DNA from: Myxococcota bacterium
GTDB lineage: Bacteria; Myxococcota_A; UBA9160; UBA6930
DNA length: 64,000 nt
Assembly: GCA_965223705.1 (NCBI GenBank)
Contig: OZ245015.1
Coordinates: 2,880,001 to 2,944,000 of the forward strand
Reading direction: 5' to 3'
In this document: one piece after another, positions 39,319-48,873 of the stretch
Layout: the number at the start of each line of letters is the position of its first letter
Position numbering within the stretch: the first letter of the stretch is position 1
Made by a program: the position numbers and the translations under genes
The notes under the pieces: generated by a model
What the model saw: the letters and a program-made list of their open reading frames with translations, nothing else
The model's database searches: none
Told to the model about the DNA's origin: nothing

Positions 39319-41252
39319 TGTGTGGGTTCGTAGGCGCGTTCTCGCGCGAACTTGCGGAGACATTCGGCGAATCCGTGTTTCGGGCGACCCGAGCACTAGA
39401 GCACCGAGGCCCCGACCAGGAGGGCTTTGTCTCCCTGGGCGCGCAACCCGCTTCTCGATTCGGCTCTGGGGCGTCACCCTATCCGGCGTCCGAGCTCCAC
39501 TCCCTCATCATCGGTTTCCGCAGACTTGCCATCCAAGATCTGTCCGCGGCGGGGAACCAACCGATGACCTCTGTCGATGGACGCTACGCGATTGCCTTGA
39601 ACGGTGAGATCTACAATTTTCGAGAACTGCGGAAGGAACTCTCCAGCTCTTGGCGGTTCGTCTCTTCCTCCGACACCGAAGTCGCTTTGGCCGCACTTGC
39701 AACCTGGGGCGCCGAAGGCATCGGGCGCTTCGTGGGAATGTTTGCCCTCGCCTTCGTCGATGCTGTCGAAGGCAGTTTGCTCCTGGCGCGCGACCCGATG
39801 GGGATCAAACCCTTGTACTTCTGTCGGGCGGGGAATGCCTACTGTTTCGCATCACAGGCGAACGTTCTCGTCGAACACTTTCATACGGAACCGCCGCCGA
39901 TCGACCCACAACGGGCGTTCGAGTATTTGAGGTTTGGGGTTACCGATCACGATGAAGGCACACTCTTTGAAAGCGTTCGTCAAATTCGGCCCGGCGAACG
40001 CAGAACCTTCGAACTCCGAGGCACAGGAGAATCCGTAGCGCGCTCGCCCATCGAGGCGTGTTGCGACCCATGCGAGTGGTCGTACGAAGACGCGAAGCGC
40101 TCCCTTCGCGAGGCGCTCCTCGAGAGTGTCGACCTGCATCTGCGAAGCGATGTTCCCGTGGGCATCTTGTTGTCGGGGGGCATCGATTCCTCGGCGATCG
40201 CCGGCGCGGTCAAAGAAGTCGACTCGCAGTGGACGCGTCGAAGAGTATTCACGTTTGTGCCCGATGATCCCGACTTGTCGGAAGAGCGATTCGCCGACGC
40301 CGTCTGTCGGCATACCGGTTTCATCGCGACCCGGGCGAGGGTCCCAACCGGCGACCTCACGAAAGACGTCCTCGAACTGTGCGATCAACACGATTTTCCC
40401 GTGGGCAGTTCGAGCGTCCTTGCGCAACGCCGTCTGTTTCAAGCCGTCGCACAATACGAGACGCCCGTAGTGCTCGATGGGCAGGGAGCGGACGAGTTGT
40501 TCGGCGGTTACCGCACCTACCTGGGCGCGCGAATCGCCACGTTGATCCTCGAGGGCCGCCTCATCGACGCGGCGCGCTTCTTGACACGATGCCGCGCCCT
40601 TCCGGGCGTGACAAACGGTTTTCTCCTGTCGCGGGTCATCGGACATCTCGTTCCGCGTCGCTTGCAAGAAGTCGCCCGACTACTCGGGGGCGAGCCGCTT
40701 GTACCGAGCTGGTGCGCTTCGGACTGGCTCAAATCCCGTGGCGTCGCCCCTCGACCGCTTTGGCACCGAGTCGGCCGCTCGGCGCTTCGATCTCAACTCG
40801 ACGCGGCACTCAAGCGAACGAGTCTCCCGATGCTGCTCCAGTGGGAAGACCGGAACTCCATGGCCTTCTCGATTGAAAGCCGCGTGCCCTTCCTCACGCC
40901 GAAGCTCGTCTCTCTGGCGCTGTCCCTCCCCGAGAGTTTCCTCATTTCCGCGGAAGCTGAGACGAAGAGTATCCTACGGAGCGCGTCTGTCGGCTTGATT
41001 CCCGAAAGCGTCCGCAAACGACGCGACAAGATTGGCTTCGCTACGCCGGAACGCGCCTGGCTCGCGCCTCATACCGGTTGGATTGATGAGGTGTTTCGCG
41101 AGGCCTCAGCGCGCGCATCCATCATCGACTGGTCCGTCGCCAGGCGGCAGGCCGCGGAGATGTTGACGGGTCGCTCTCCTTACGATTTTCGCCTTTGGCG
41201 GTGGCTCAACCTCGCGCTCTGGTCGCGGCGGTTCGACGTCCGCTATGGATAA
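39318..41252 (+). CDS. asnB: Second AsnB-type glutamine amidotransferase
   Basis: MCGFVG, HRGPD, NGEIYN, LSGGIDS, GQGADELFGGY, DRNSMAFSIESRVPFL. Confidence 0.92.
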   Translation: MCGFVGAFSRELAETFGESVFRATRALEHRGPDQEGFVSLGAQPASRFGSGASPYPASELHSLIIGFRRLAIQDLSAAGNQPMTSVDGRYAIALNGEIYNFRELRKELSSSWRFVSSSDTEVALAALATWGAEGIGRFVGMFALAFVDAVEGSLLLARDPMGIKPLYFCRAGNAYCFASQANVLVEHFHTEPPPIDPQRAFEYLRFGVTDHDEGTLFESVRQIRPGERRTFELRGTGESVARSPIEACCDPCEWSYEDAKRSLREALLESVDLHLRSDVPVGILLSGGIDSSAIAGAVKEVDSQWTRRRVFTFVPDDPDLSEERFADAVCRHTGFIATRARVPTGDLTKDVLELCDQHDFPVGSSSVLAQRRLFQAVAQYETPVVLDGQGADELFGGYRTYLGARIATLILEGRLIDAARFLTRCRALPGVTNGFLLSRVIGHLVPRRLQEVARLLGGEPLVPSWCASDWLKSRGVAPRPLWHRVGRSALRSQLDAALKRTSLPMLLQWEDRNSMAFSIESRVPFLTPKLVSLALSLPESFLISAEAETKSILRSASVGLIPESVRKRRDKIGFATPERAWLAPHTGWIDEVFREASARASIIDWSVARRQAAEMLTGRSPYDFRLWRWLNLALWSRRFDVRYG

Positions 41253-41259
41253 CGCCCGT

Positions 41260-42699
41260 TCAGAACGTCGTGGTGTGGGTGTAGGCGCCAGCGTCGAAAT
41301 GCCAAAGGTGCTCTCGCCCCTGGTTGTCTCGCCACAGAATTTCTGCCTTTCCGTCACCATCAAAATCATCGACGGCGAGAATGCTCGCGCGCCGGCTGGT
41401 TGACGGGAGCGGAAGCTGCAGCTGGAATTGGCCACCCGCCAGCCGCCAATAAACCGCAGCGCCACTGCGTGGATTGTGCCAGACGAGATCCCCGGCCCCG
41501 TCACCGGTGATGTCACCAGCCGCAGAGATCTTCCAGCCGATCGTAGACGTCGGCAGGGGCAGTTGGGTTTCAAACGAGCCGTTCGAGAATGTCCAATACA
41601 CCGAGCGACCGCGTGACGAGCTATGCCACACCATCTCGTCGATGCCGTCTCGATTGAGATCTGTCACCGCCTTGACGCGCCATCCCGCCGTGGAACTCGG
41701 GAGCGGCAACTGTTCCAAAAAGGATCCGTTCTGGAAGCGCCAGTAGACGTTCCCTCCGACTCTAGAGGAATGCCAAATCAGCTCTGAAATCGAATCTCCA
41801 TCGAGGTCTCCCGCCCCGGAGATACCCCAGCCAAAGCTGTTGCCCGGGAGAGCGATCGACTCCTGCAATTGCCCACCTTCGAGGATGAGCATTGTCGAGG
41901 CGTGTCTCCTACGGTTGTGCGCGACCAAGTCTGCGTCGCCGTCGCCATCGAAATCGCCTTGCGCCGCGATCTGCCACCCTCGACCGAGTTGCGGAAGCGA
42001 CCTTTCTTCACGGACCCCGTCGCTGTCGAGCAGCCGCAGGGTGACCTGACCGGCCCCCCCAGTACGAAGCACATCCGCGATCCCGTCGCCGTCAAAATCG
42101 TTGCGAGCGTCTCCGTTTCCGCGCAGCGGGGCGGCTTCCTCGACGGGCGGTGCAGGCGCTTCCTCCTCGGCCGGGGCCGGCGGCGACGGCGCGGGCACGT
42201 CCTCCTCAACGGGCGGCGGCGGCGGCGCGGGCGGGTCCGGCTCCGCCGGCGGATTGGCGGGCGGTTGCGTCTCTTCTTCCTCAGCCGGGGGCGGCGGCGC
42301 GGGTGCTTCTTCCTCTGCCGGCGGCGAAGGAGGAGGCGTGACAGGCGGCGAAGGAGGAGGCGTGACAGGCGGCGGAGGAGGAGGCGGCGCGGCCGCAAAG
42401 GTAAAGACGTCTGACGGATCGGAGAGCGGTCCCTCGGCGCCGACCGCGTCGCGTCCTGCAACGCGGATCTGGAAGCTCTCGCCGGGCTGGCCCATCACGG
42501 TGACCGCGGTGCCGGGTACGGCCTGCTCGAAGGTGTAGGCGCCGCCTTCCCGGGAGATATATACGGCGTAGTCGACGACGGGCCCGGAGGCGCTGAACCA
42601 GCGGACTTCAGCGCTCGTTCCCGGGACGGTGATCGCGCTCGCTGCTGATGCGACCATGGCACAGGCGAGGAGCAGGATGAACGCAAGGGATCGGTTCAT
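41260..42699 (-). CDS. Secreted protein: FnIII-like domain, Pro/Glu linker, FG-GAP/VCBS repeats
   Basis: Signal peptide; FQIRVAGRDAVG..GPLS; P/E-rich linker; repeated GD[FLI]xGDGxxD/ELxW. Confidence 0.85.
   Translation of the reverse strand: MNRSLAFILLLACAMVASAASAITVPGTSAEVRWFSASGPVVDYAVYISREGGAYTFEQAVPGTAVTVMGQPGESFQIRVAGRDAVGAEGPLSDPSDVFTFAAAPPPPPPPVTPPPSPPVTPPPSPPAEEEAPAPPPPAEEEETQPPANPPAEPDPPAPPPPPVEEDVPAPSPPAPAEEEAPAPPVEEAAPLRGNGDARNDFDGDGIADVLRTGGAGQVTLRLLDSDGVREERSLPQLGRGWQIAAQGDFDGDGDADLVAHNRRRHASTMLILEGGQLQESIALPGNSFGWGISGAGDLDGDSISELIWHSSRVGGNVYWRFQNGSFLEQLPLPSSTAGWRVKAVTDLNRDGIDEMVWHSSSRGRSVYWTFSNGSFETQLPLPTSTIGWKISAAGDITGDGAGDLVWHNPRSGAAVYWRLAGGQFQLQLPLPSTSRRASILAVDDFDGDGKAEILWRDNQGREHLWHFDAGAYTHTTTF
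42320..42373. repeat. 24-bp tandem repeat in the Pro-rich linker
   Basis: GGCGGCGAAGGAGGAGGCGTGACA twice plus a partial copy; encodes PPVTPPPS. Confidence 0.8.
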
Positions 42700-42756
42700 G
42701 CGGGGGCACCTTTCGATGAAGCGATGCCCCTGACTCGACCTGTGAAAGTCGAAATC

Positions 42757-42774
42757 TCGTGACTTCAGTCACGA
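42757..42774. promoter_or_regulatory. Perfect palindrome upstream of the FG-GAP gene
   Basis: TCGTGACT-TC-AGTCACGA in an AT-rich intergenic region. Confidence 0.5.
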
Positions 42775-42935
42775 AACTATGTTGTTTTCAACCCATTCTG
42801 GTCATCAGACGGATGATTTTGCCCCAATTTAATGAGGCAAATCCCACTCGTATGGAGATCCCTGCACATTGGGGTTGACGCAGGTTTTTTGTCGTTTGAA
42901 TGCGTCCCGGGCCCACCCGGTCGCATGCCGGCGGA

Positions 42936-44486
42936 CTAGTCGCCGAAGACCCGGCGCAGGTGTTCGGGCGGAAGATCGTCCGTGACCCAGGAGATCACCA
43001 CGCTGGCCAACAGCGAGGCGAACCCGCCCAGTGTCGCGCAAGCGAACGGGTTCGGTGCTTGGGCCGCCAGCCAGCCCATCACGCCGGAGTCTCCGGTGAT
43101 CCACCCGACCTTGAGAACGATGAACACCGCCGCGCCCGCGAAGAAGCCGGCGATCGCGCCACCGCGGGTGAGCCCACGCCAGAGCACGCCCAGCATGAAC
43201 GGGCCGGACAGTGCTGCCATCATGCCCCCGACCCCCGCCCAGATGAGGAGGGCGACGTTCATCTTTTGAAACGCCCAGGCCATGGCCATCGCGGCGATCA
43301 TCACGACCGCCGTCGCGACGCGACTGATCTGGAGGGCCTTGTGGTCGACGTACGCCGCGCCCTCCTCCCTGTGCCACCGCGGTGCGAGCGAGCAGCGGTA
43401 GATGTCGTTCGCGAAAATTTGCGAGGCCGAAACGGCGAGCCCGTCTGCCGTCGACATCACGGCGGCCAGGACCCCTGCTCCGAGGAGCGCGGCGAGCCAC
43501 GTCGGGAGCAGAGCGATAAAGAGCGCGGGGATCGAATAGTTCGGGTCGAGATCTCCCGTGAAGAGCGCATCACCGAGGACGGCTCGGGCGAGAACGCCGC
43601 CCAAAGTGATGCCCGGAAGGATGAAGCCGAACACGAACGCCAACGACAAAAAGATGCGCCGGCTGCTGCCATCGCGGAGGGCCCAAAGCTTGTTCCCCAC
43701 GTGGGGCAGCATGCCGAGCGGCAAATGGGCCGCGAAGATCGCGAAGACGCCCCACCAGCTGCCCACCAGCGGGTGGCCTTCTCGCAACACCGCCACGTTT
43801 TGTGGATCGAGTTCTTCAAGGCGCGAGACCATTCCGGAGAACCCGCCTTCCACACCGTACCCGACCCAGAACATCCCGATGACGCCGATGGCCAGAACGA
43901 TCATCAAGGCGCCCTGGACACCGTCGGTGAGGATGTCCGCGTGGGCCCCGCCGATCGCGATATAGACGAGCAACACAGCACTCGTGATCACCAGCGCCCA
44001 GAACTTCGGGATGCCGATCATCTGCTCGAACATGACGGTTCCCGCGAGCAGCTGCGCCGCGAGGTAGAAGAGCAGCAGCAACGAGAAGATCGCCACCACG
44101 AGGCGCAGGAACTCCGACTGATAGCGATCGCCCAGGTACTCGGGGACGGACCGGTTTCCGAACACGTGGCCGGCGCGCTGGACGACACGCATACAGAGGA
44201 GAATTCCGGTGTAGACCCCGGCCGGGTAGACGAACGCGTACCAAAGGCCGGAGATCCCGGCGGAATACGCAATCGCCGGGAGCCCGAGGAACGTTCCCCC
44301 GCTGGCGGCCGTCGCGACCAACGCGAAAGACAGAAAAACGGGCCCGTAGCTGCCTCGCGCCGTGGCGAAATCGTCGCCGCTACGGACCCGCCGCATGCCG
44401 ATGATCCCGCACACGACCATGATTGCGATGTACATCAGCAAGAAGACGATGGACCAGGTCTTGAGTGCGGGGTCGAGTTCGGGCAT
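42936..44486 (-). CDS. Sodium:solute symporter family protein
   Basis: DFATARGSYG, SGGTFLGLP, SVPEYLGDRYQS, GGAHADILTDGVQG, AAVMSTADG. Confidence 0.93.
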   Translation of the reverse strand: MPELDPALKTWSIVFLLMYIAIMVVCGIIGMRRVRSGDDFATARGSYGPVFLSFALVATAASGGTFLGLPAIAYSAGISGLWYAFVYPAGVYTGILLCMRVVQRAGHVFGNRSVPEYLGDRYQSEFLRLVVAIFSLLLLFYLAAQLLAGTVMFEQMIGIPKFWALVITSAVLLVYIAIGGAHADILTDGVQGALMIVLAIGVIGMFWVGYGVEGGFSGMVSRLEELDPQNVAVLREGHPLVGSWWGVFAIFAAHLPLGMLPHVGNKLWALRDGSSRRIFLSLAFVFGFILPGITLGGVLARAVLGDALFTGDLDPNYSIPALFIALLPTWLAALLGAGVLAAVMSTADGLAVSASQIFANDIYRCSLAPRWHREEGAAYVDHKALQISRVATAVVMIAAMAMAWAFQKMNVALLIWAGVGGMMAALSGPFMLGVLWRGLTRGGAIAGFFAGAAVFIVLKVGWITGDSGVMGWLAAQAPNPFACATLGGFASLLASVVISWVTDDLPPEHLRRVFGD

Positions 44487-44585
44487 AGGTTCGCGTTTGT
44501 AACACCGATCGCCGGACCGGATCTACCCCGAAGGCACAGGGATGGCGGCCGCAAACGCCCCCGGCCGCGTGCTAAAGTGCGCGAT

Positions 44586-45002
44586 GTGAAAGGCCATTTC
44601 GCCGCGCTCGTGGCCGCGCTCGTCGCGCTGGTTGCCCTCGACGCGGGGTGCGTTCAACAAAGCGCACGCCGCCCGCGGATCGACCGCTTCAGCGATGCGC
44701 CGCTCGTTCCCGTGGGTCGATCGGACATCCCGCGCTCGGGCAAGGTCACGTATCGCATCTCCTCGCTCGAGCAGAGCGAGGGCGGGCAAGCATTTCTCGA
44801 TATCGACCTCATGAACGGATCCGCCAGGGGCTTCCGCTCGGCGAACGTGGTTGTCACGTTTCTCGGCCGAGACGGTGCGAGCAAACGCGTGAGACGCGCG
44901 CTGGGGCCTCTGTTCGAAGGCGCCACGGAACGCGTCGTGGTTCGCTCGACCCTCGACTTCGATCTCGAAGACGTGCAGGTCGCCGTTCAGATGACCATGT
45001 AG
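44586..45002 (+). CDS. Small putative lipoprotein (FxLYD-like beta domain)
   Basis: GTG at 44586; hydrophobic stretch then LDAG-C; LMNGS..VVVTFLGRDG..LFEG. Confidence 0.5.
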   Translation: MKGHFAALVAALVALVALDAGCVQQSARRPRIDRFSDAPLVPVGRSDIPRSGKVTYRISSLEQSEGGQAFLDIDLMNGSARGFRSANVVVTFLGRDGASKRVRRALGPLFEGATERVVVRSTLDFDLEDVQVAVQMTM

Positions 45003-45024
45003 GGCCGGCGCCCGACCGCCCTTT

Positions 45025-47232
45025 CTACCCCGGGCAACTGTCCGCGATCTCGGTGAGCTCGGCTCGGACCGGATCGGCGAAAACCCGCCCGCTCGCGAGC
45101 AAAGACGCTGCCACGGCGCAGCCGTCCTGCGCTTTTCCCGGAGCGGCGCGGAGGGTCCGGGCGACGCCGACGCGCGCTTCCGCCCACTGCTCGCTTTCCG
45201 GCGGCACGAGTTGGCTCGCACGGTGCCAGATCAACGTGGCGCGGTCGGGCAGGTCGAGAGATTCAAAGAGTGTCGCCGCGCCGTGAAGGGTTCCGAGCGC
45301 GCGCGGCTCGGTGGACAGCGTCTCGTCGAGGAGCGTCACCGCTCCGTCGATGTCGCCCGCGCGCGAAGACGCCTCGGCTTCACGCAGGGTGAGATCCGCG
45401 ACGAGCTCGACCTCGACGTCGTCAGGACGCTTCGCGCGCAGCGCCGCGAGCAGCTTCGCGTGAACCGCCGGGTTGGGCGCGGCTTCCGGCGGAACGGCGG
45501 CGAAGATCGCCGCGAGCTGCCAGCGATCGCGTTTCGCGCCGGGCCCCGCTTCGAGCATTCGTCGCGCGCGATCTTGTGCGTCCGCGTGCCGCCCGACTCG
45601 CCACAGCGCGACGAGACGCGTGCGGGTCGTCTCGAAATCGTCGCGAAGCGTGAGCAGGGTATCGAGTGCGGGTGTCACCTTCCCCTCCGCGATCTGTTGC
45701 CTCGCACGTGCGAGTCCCAGCTCCTGGGCGTAGGTCTTCTTTGTGGCCGCCGGGATTCCCGCAACAGCGTGCAATGCGCGGGCGAGCTTCTGCGCCGGCG
45801 CGCGGAGGTTGACGCGCTCTTGCAGCGAACGCTCGAGCTCCGACTGCAGCTTGGAAGACAAGAGGAGCGCCTTCTGAAGCTCGACGGCTTCGCCTCCCGC
45901 CTTGTTTCGTGTATCGACGCGCTCGAGGATGCGAATCGCGCGATCGGGGTTGGCGGTCGCCGCCGCGCGGCCGAGCGCCCGGTGGACGGCGACTTCCCCC
46001 GCCTCAGCGCTGTCGGGAGCATCCTTGGCCACCCAGGCCGACGCGTCGGCGACGGCGCGGTTCGCGCCCGCGCCGCCTTCCGCCTGCCAAGATCGCGCCG
46101 CGTCATAGGCCAGGCGCGCGACGTCGGGCCGGAGCGACGACTGCGGATGATCGGTGCGAAAACGCTGACTGGCGGCGTAGGCCTGTGCGAACCGTCCCGC
46201 GCGGTACTCGGCTTCCGCGAGCCGAGCGACCACGACGTCCCGTCGCAACCCGGGCAACGGGCCTCCACGCAACGCCCGGTCGAGGTGCGCGGCCGCGCGC
46301 GATGGTTCGTCCTTTCCGGCGGCGAGGCCCGCTAGAGCGGAACCGACAGCGCCGAGACCGAGTCCGTCCAAGAACGCCGCGTCGAGCCCCGCCGCGGCGA
46401 GGTGCGCGGTGGCCTGGCCGGCGCTCTTGCCTTCCATCAACGCCTTGGCGGTCTCGCTGATCGCCGACGATCGTTTCGCACGGTCTTTGGCACCGAGGAA
46501 CGCCTCGAGTCTCATCAGGAGGAGCTCTTCGTTGCGTGTCCCCTCGGTTTCTTTCAGGACTTCCTCGAGCTTCCCCTCGGCGGCCGCCGTTCGCGCCCGC
46601 TCGACGCGGACACGCTCGTGGAAATCGGGCGGCGCATCGCGGAAGACCTTGCCGAGGCGGTCCAGGGTCGCGCGCGCTTTTGCGGTCTGCCCCAGGCCGC
46701 GCTGCAACGATGCGACCGCGAGCAGCGTCTCGCGACCGACGGCCGGGTCTCGGACGCGAGGCAGTGCGCGACCGAACGCCCGGAGCGCTTGCTGAAAGTA
46801 ACCGCGCTGGCGTGTGCGACTCGCGCCACTGCGCTGCGCAGCGTGCCCCAAGCGAAAGAGCACCCAACCGCGCCAGTAGTCGATCTCGCCCGACAGGTGA
46901 TCCATCTGCAGCCACTCCGAAGAACCGTAGAGGGCATCGAGCGCCGCTTCGTCGTCCGCAATGGCGTTTTCTCTCCGGTCGCGCAGTGAGGTCAGCCCAC
47001 TTTGGGCGCTTTGCAACGCCGCGAGGGCGTCCTCGAGGCGCGCCGCTGGGAGGCCGTCGCCCCGCCCGAGCACCTCCGCCGTGTCGCGAACGACCGCCTT
47101 GAGCCCCGGCAAGTCGCCGGACTGTGCCGCGCGCTTTGCGCGCCCCGCGAGCTCCGTCGCCGCTATACCGGGTGCCGCGAGCACAGCGGTGAGCAAACCG
47201 ACGATCACGAGGTAGCGCGCGAAGAGCAGCAT
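45025..47232 (-). CDS. Large exported TPR-like helical protein
   Basis: Signal peptide; YWRGW, LAEAEYRAGRFAQAY..FRTDHPQS, WAEARVGVARTL. Coupled to the upstream ExbD gene. Confidence 0.7.
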   Translation of the reverse strand: MLLFARYLVIVGLLTAVLAAPGIAATELAGRAKRAAQSGDLPGLKAVVRDTAEVLGRGDGLPAARLEDALAALQSAQSGLTSLRDRRENAIADDEAALDALYGSSEWLQMDHLSGEIDYWRGWVLFRLGHAAQRSGASRTRQRGYFQQALRAFGRALPRVRDPAVGRETLLAVASLQRGLGQTAKARATLDRLGKVFRDAPPDFHERVRVERARTAAAEGKLEEVLKETEGTRNEELLLMRLEAFLGAKDRAKRSSAISETAKALMEGKSAGQATAHLAAAGLDAAFLDGLGLGAVGSALAGLAAGKDEPSRAAAHLDRALRGGPLPGLRRDVVVARLAEAEYRAGRFAQAYAASQRFRTDHPQSSLRPDVARLAYDAARSWQAEGGAGANRAVADASAWVAKDAPDSAEAGEVAVHRALGRAAATANPDRAIRILERVDTRNKAGGEAVELQKALLLSSKLQSELERSLQERVNLRAPAQKLARALHAVAGIPAATKKTYAQELGLARARQQIAEGKVTPALDTLLTLRDDFETTRTRLVALWRVGRHADAQDRARRMLEAGPGAKRDRWQLAAIFAAVPPEAAPNPAVHAKLLAALRAKRPDDVEVELVADLTLREAEASSRAGDIDGAVTLLDETLSTEPRALGTLHGAATLFESLDLPDRATLIWHRASQLVPPESEQWAEARVGVARTLRAAPGKAQDGCAVAASLLASGRVFADPVRAELTEIADSCPG

Positions 47233-47675
47233 TAGAGCACGTCTCCGAGCTCGCCGAGCGTCACGCGCTTGCGTCCCGCCGCGAGCGCCGCGTCGTAGGC
47301 GTCGACGACTTTTGAATACGGCACATCGTCGTCCCCGACAACGACGACGGGGATCGAGCCCGGGAGACCGCGCAAACGCGCGACCAGTTCCTCCGCGGTG
47401 GTGACCGCGGTTCCAGCCGCGAACCAGGCCGGCCCTTGTTCCGTGTTGCGCACAGCCACGCGGTAGGGTTCGAGAAACTGCTCGACCGTCGGAGGTTCCT
47501 TCTCGGGGAGACGGACCTCAAAACGATCTTCCCTCGGGATGAAGCGAGCTGTGAGCACCAGGAACAGGAGGAGAAGAAAGACGACATCGACCAACGGGGT
47601 CAAGCCCGAGGTCGACGCCGCGGACGCGCCGTGGGGCGCGCGCCGAACCTGCTGGCGCCCGCGCAATCTCCTCAT
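47232..47675 (-). CDS. ExbD/TolR family protein
   Basis: GLTPLVDVVFLLLLFLVLT, VRLP, VVGDDDVPYSKVVDAYD. Confidence 0.9.
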   Translation of the reverse strand: MRRLRGRQQVRRAPHGASAASTSGLTPLVDVVFLLLLFLVLTARFIPREDRFEVRLPEKEPPTVEQFLEPYRVAVRNTEQGPAWFAAGTAVTTAEELVARLRGLPGSIPVVVVGDDDVPYSKVVDAYDAALAAGRKRVTLGELGDVL

Positions 47676-48085
47676 CGCGCGCTCCCCGACGTCTCGGGCG
47701 TAACCATGAGGCGAACGTTCGGAACGCCTTCCTCGCGAAGCACCGAGAGCACACGTTTCATCGTTCCGTAGTTCACGCTCCCATCGCCGCGAAGACGTAC
47801 CATCGTCGCGCCCCGCGCCGACAACTCCGAGGCGATGGAATCGAGTCCGGTCGGTTCTCCAGAAAGGTGCAGCGCGCCGCCTCGCGTAACGGTTATGACG
47901 GGCTCGCCGCCCGGACGGTCGGTTTCCTTCGCCTCGGTGGCCTCGGGCAACGCCACTTGGACCAGCTGCTGCTGAATCACTCCCTGTGCCAGTGCGAAAA
48001 ACAGCACGAGCAACATGACGAGGTCGATCAACGGCATGAGGACAGCGCCGAGCCGTCCCCATGCGGCGGAGCTACTTCGCTTCAT
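47672..48085 (-). CDS. ExbD/TolR family protein
   Basis: LMPLIDLVMLLVLFF, VALPEA, LRGDGSVNYGTM. Confidence 0.88.
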   Translation of the reverse strand: MKRSSSAAWGRLGAVLMPLIDLVMLLVLFFALAQGVIQQQLVQVALPEATEAKETDRPGGEPVITVTRGGALHLSGEPTGLDSIASELSARGATMVRLRGDGSVNYGTMKRVLSVLREEGVPNVRLMVTPETSGSAR

Positions 48086-48873
48086 GCCGAAACGCGACGG
48101 CCGCCGTGAGACAGGCTTTCCGGAAGCGCCGCTACTGCGTTCTCCCCGGCTGCGACGCCCGTCGCCTGAACGTGATCCGCCCGGTTGCGCAAGATCGTGT
48201 AGAGCAACAGGATGGGGATCGCGACGGAAAGCCCCATCATGGTGGTGACGAGCGCCTGAAAAATACCTGCGGAGAGTTGGACCGGATCCACCGGGCCCGT
48301 CGATTGAGACAGGGCGGCAAAGGTTTTCACCATCCCGGTCACGGTGCCGAGCAAACCCAGCATCGGCGCAATGGTCGCGATCAAGTTCAAGTACTCGACG
48401 CGGCGTACGACGCCGCTCATCCAACTTTCGGCTGCGTCCGCCATCACGTTGCGCGCTTCGGGTCGGCCGTCTTCCAGGGCTTCAATGCCCGAACGGAGGA
48501 TATGCCCGAGAAACGTCGGGCTCTTCCGACTGGCGGCGAGAGCCGCGGCGGCGTCACCTCCGCGAAGTGCCTCGCCGACCTCGTGCGCGAGCTTCGCCGG
48601 TACCAACGACTTTGCGCGGAGCTCGAAGAAGAACACCGCCGCTAATGCCAGACCGACGATCGAGAGCGCGAGAATCGCGTAGCCTACCGTACCGCCGTAA
48701 CCCAGGACCTCGGCGAAATCGATGTCCGCCTCTTCCGAGGCGCTCGGTGTAGCCGCAGGCTCCGCGAGGACGGGTGCCGAGTCGGGCTCTTGCGCTGAAC
48801 TGATCGACACCGTCGACAACAGCGCGCCGAGCACGGCGAGGATGAGCCAGAAAGGCTTGATGTTGCTTCTCAT
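48082..48873 (-). CDS. MotA/TolQ/ExbB proton channel protein
   Basis: IATIAPMLGLLGTVTGMVKTF, LSAGIFQALVTTMMGLSVAIP; N-terminal signal-like extension. Confidence 0.93.
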   Translation of the reverse strand: MRSNIKPFWLILAVLGALLSTVSISSAQEPDSAPVLAEPAATPSASEEADIDFAEVLGYGGTVGYAILALSIVGLALAAVFFFELRAKSLVPAKLAHEVGEALRGGDAAAALAASRKSPTFLGHILRSGIEALEDGRPEARNVMADAAESWMSGVVRRVEYLNLIATIAPMLGLLGTVTGMVKTFAALSQSTGPVDPVQLSAGIFQALVTTMMGLSVAIPILLLYTILRNRADHVQATGVAAGENAVAALPESLSHGGRRVSA

